Origin: Marsupella aquatica
Taxonomy: Eukaryota > Plantae > Marchantiophyta
Assembly (NCBI GenBank): GCA_973895155.1
Contig: OZ316892.1
Location: 9,280,283-9,344,282, forward strand
Direction: 5' to 3'
DNA: 64,000 bases
Numbering within the stretch: position 1 is the first letter of the stretch; the number at the start of each line of letters is the position of its first letter. The notes beneath the pieces are model-generated. The model was not told where the DNA came from. It saw nothing but the letters and a program-made list of their open reading frames with translations, and searched no databases. A program made the translations under genes and the position numbers. Below are positions 61,675 through 64,000 of this stretch, piece by piece.

Positions 61675-62379
61675 ATGGCCACACTTAAAGATGTCGTTGG
61701 CTGCTGCAATGCTGGAGAAACGAGGACCTTCCCATCGATGAGGGTTTTTGTGGTCAATTTTGATGCTCCAATCGATTTTCCGCGGAAGTTTCTATACCAT
61801 GGATGCACTCACTTCGTGACACCTGGGTGGATGTGTAATCGCACTGTTGAAGGGTCAAGTCGATGTCCCCATAATTCGGTTGCTGCTGGGACCTGGACAG
61901 AAAGGTATCGTTTTGAGGTGTTCCTGGTTGACTCTACTATCGGGCCACACTTCCCTCCAGTGCGAGCTAAGATTTTTGATGCAGCGACTGATCTCATAGG
62001 GATGCCTCCGCAGGATTTTAGCAAGAAGGAAGACTTTGTCCAGTTTGCTACTATCCATAGAGCTACAGCAAAGATGGAATGTGTGGACGTAGTGATCCGC
62101 TGCAAAGACGGTGAGGCCATTATTAATTCCTTGTCACCTGTAAGCGATGACAACTGTGAGATCTTGCATTCTGTGGTGTCTACTTTTGTCACTCCACGGA
62201 AGACGAAGTTGAAGACGGACAGTGTACCTTCAAGTTATCATACTGCACGAGGGAGGCATACAGCAGAATCTTCAAGATCATCTATTAATGCTTCAGACCC
62301 GGCCACGGCGTCGCAGCTTAGTTCTGTTAGATGTAGATTGCAGGACCTGCTTGATAGTTTGGATGCAACTGATATCTGA
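61675..62379 (+). CDS. RPA1 C-terminal-like OB-fold/Zn-ribbon protein (~234 aa), probably TE-borne
   Basis: FLYHGCTH...CNRTVEGSSRCPH...ERYRFEVFLVDST...AKIFDAATDLIGMPPQDF matches the Rep_fac-A_C pattern (YxxC..C.K.V...C...RY...D.T...F..A..L.G). Confidence 0.65.
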   Translation: MATLKDVVGCCNAGETRTFPSMRVFVVNFDAPIDFPRKFLYHGCTHFVTPGWMCNRTVEGSSRCPHNSVAAGTWTERYRFEVFLVDSTIGPHFPPVRAKIFDAATDLIGMPPQDFSKKEDFVQFATIHRATAKMECVDVVIRCKDGEAIINSLSPVSDDNCEILHSVVSTFVTPRKTKLKTDSVPSSYHTARGRHTAESSRSSINASDPATASQLSSVRCRLQDLLDSLDATDI

Positions 62380-63415
62380 TGTGACTAGATGCAAGCACAA
62401 CGTACGACGGTTTGGCATTTTGGGCAGGAGTCTTTTAGTTTGTAAGGTTCCTACAGGCCATGCAATGACCTGCCATTTTGGTTTGATATGGCATAACGTG
62501 TATGCTTGGTTTGTGGGGCAAGTGGGACCAGAATGTATGTATGTGAATGGTCGACTTATTTCAATGTGCAATAAAGGGGGGCTCGGACTTGCATCTGTTA
62601 AATGAAGGTTGTGATGTCCACGATGCGTTTGTTAAAACGTACCAGAAAGTAATTGGGTGTTAATTGGCTGGTGTTTAATCGATGAATGGGTCTCGGCTAG
62701 TGTTTAATCGATGAATGGGTCTCGGCAATTTTTCATTTTGCAATTTGTGCGCAATTTCTCAAGGAAAACTTCCAACTTCAAACTCTGATAGAGGACAGCA
62801 AGTAGAACTCAGCCACTATAGCGCTTTTGCGGATCGCAGCGACATCATGTAGTGGGTCATCATAGTTCACGGAGAATTGGGTAAGGGCCCCTCCCCAATC
62901 TCCGGACATCAACAGACCAAAAAAACAGAGAGACACCTGAAACTCATTGGGCGGATCCGCGGCTCCATCGATCCCAACGACCAGGAAGGGAAAAAAAACA
63001 CAAGCATATAGACAACCGTAAAAACAACGTGACCCCAAACAATACATTTATGGCAGATGTGTTCTTGTTCCAGTAGGTGTTCATTATATTTATGGAGAAT
63101 TGATGGGTAATGTATGTAAATGAATAATGGAGTTTGCACTTTGAAGGCCGGGGCAACGACTGCAACTCAATGAAGAAGTAAGTAATCATGAAAAAATAGG
63201 TTCTACGACAACTTCCATATGCGTAAAATAGGTCATAAAATTATCTTTTGCGACAACTTACCACTGCATACCGGTTGGCAAGGGGGGGTGGACAGCATAC
63301 TGGCAACCCGGTTACCTGTCAAGGCAACCCGGGCGGTTGCCACAAAACAGGCATCGGCCTCTAACGATGCCACAACAGCTTTGTCAGCATGGCGCTTATG
63401 ATGTATATTGCTTCA

Positions 63416-63600
63416 ATCACTATATTCATTAAAACTGTACTTTTAAAAGTCCATAAGACGAACCCTAAAGTTATTTTTTTCAGGCCAAATTTCTATTAAA
63501 GCATTCCCAAAAGCTAATTTTTTTCAACCCAAATATACACTTTTGAACGCCCAAAATTTTGTTTTTTTTCACCCAAATGTTTAATAATAACTTAAATCAT
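63416..63600 (+). mobile_element. Left end of an element related to the 11472-11814 MITE; right boundary unknown
   Basis: ATCACTATATTCATTAAAACTGTA resembles ATCACCCTATTCATTAAAAGTGTA. Shared internal CCCAAAT..ACACTTTT motifs at ~63528-63580. Confidence 0.5.
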
Positions 63601-64000
63601 ATATTCTAATTAATTTAAAAATTAGAGTAAATTTAATTTAGTCCAAAAATCAGAGGCCAATACCACTCAGACCATCTATAAATTAAAAAATATAGATGGT
63701 CATAAATCAAGGGTCAAAATGAGATTGACCCACTATATAATTATTAAATTGTCCAGTCCAGTGAGAGAGCCTCACACTAAGCATATATCCTAATTATTTA
63801 CTTTATCCTACATGTTCAAAACATATCCTTTCAAGACATAATATGAATGTACAATTCAGGGTAGGCACTAGAGCAACCCTATCTCCTAATGATCAAGACA
63901 AAACTCATTTGAACAAGAAAGTCTGCTTCCTGATTTATCATAGCGAATGTCACGGTTGCAAGTATCTCTCGCATGGTGGTTCTTAAACTTATTGGTGAGA

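Overview
Eukaryotic, repeat-dense DNA with GT-AG introns, probably from a plant; a non-seed plant such as a bryophyte is an inference, not a determination. It is almost entirely nested transposons. From left to right: (1) the end of a probable LTR carrying a ~750-aa ORF; (2) a >21-kb CACTA/EnSpm element with TnpA-like and TnpD-like genes, an EDM2-type PHD module and ~4.7 kb of subterminal repeats, interrupted by a 4.1-kb TG..CA solo-LTR-like insertion that has its own 618-aa ORF and by a 343-bp MITE; (3) a ~12-kb Sola1/DUF7869-like transposon; (4) a truncated Helitron with a MITE; (5) one apparently intact host gene for a small secreted SPH-like protein; (6) an orphan CACTA end; (7) a second EnSpm-like transposase next to a RAD5/RAD16-like SNF2-RING gene; (8) an RPA1-C OB-fold ORF. 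The best candidate for a new system is element (3). It carries a spliced ~1050-codon gene fusing a ParB/Srx-like domain to a beta-class N6A/N4C DNA methyltransferase. It also holds about 23 copies of the palindrome CGATAAATTTATCG, placed in introns and intergenic DNA. Most TE genes here are decayed, often by stops consistent with C-to-T changes. All domain calls come from motif recognition by eye, not database searches.
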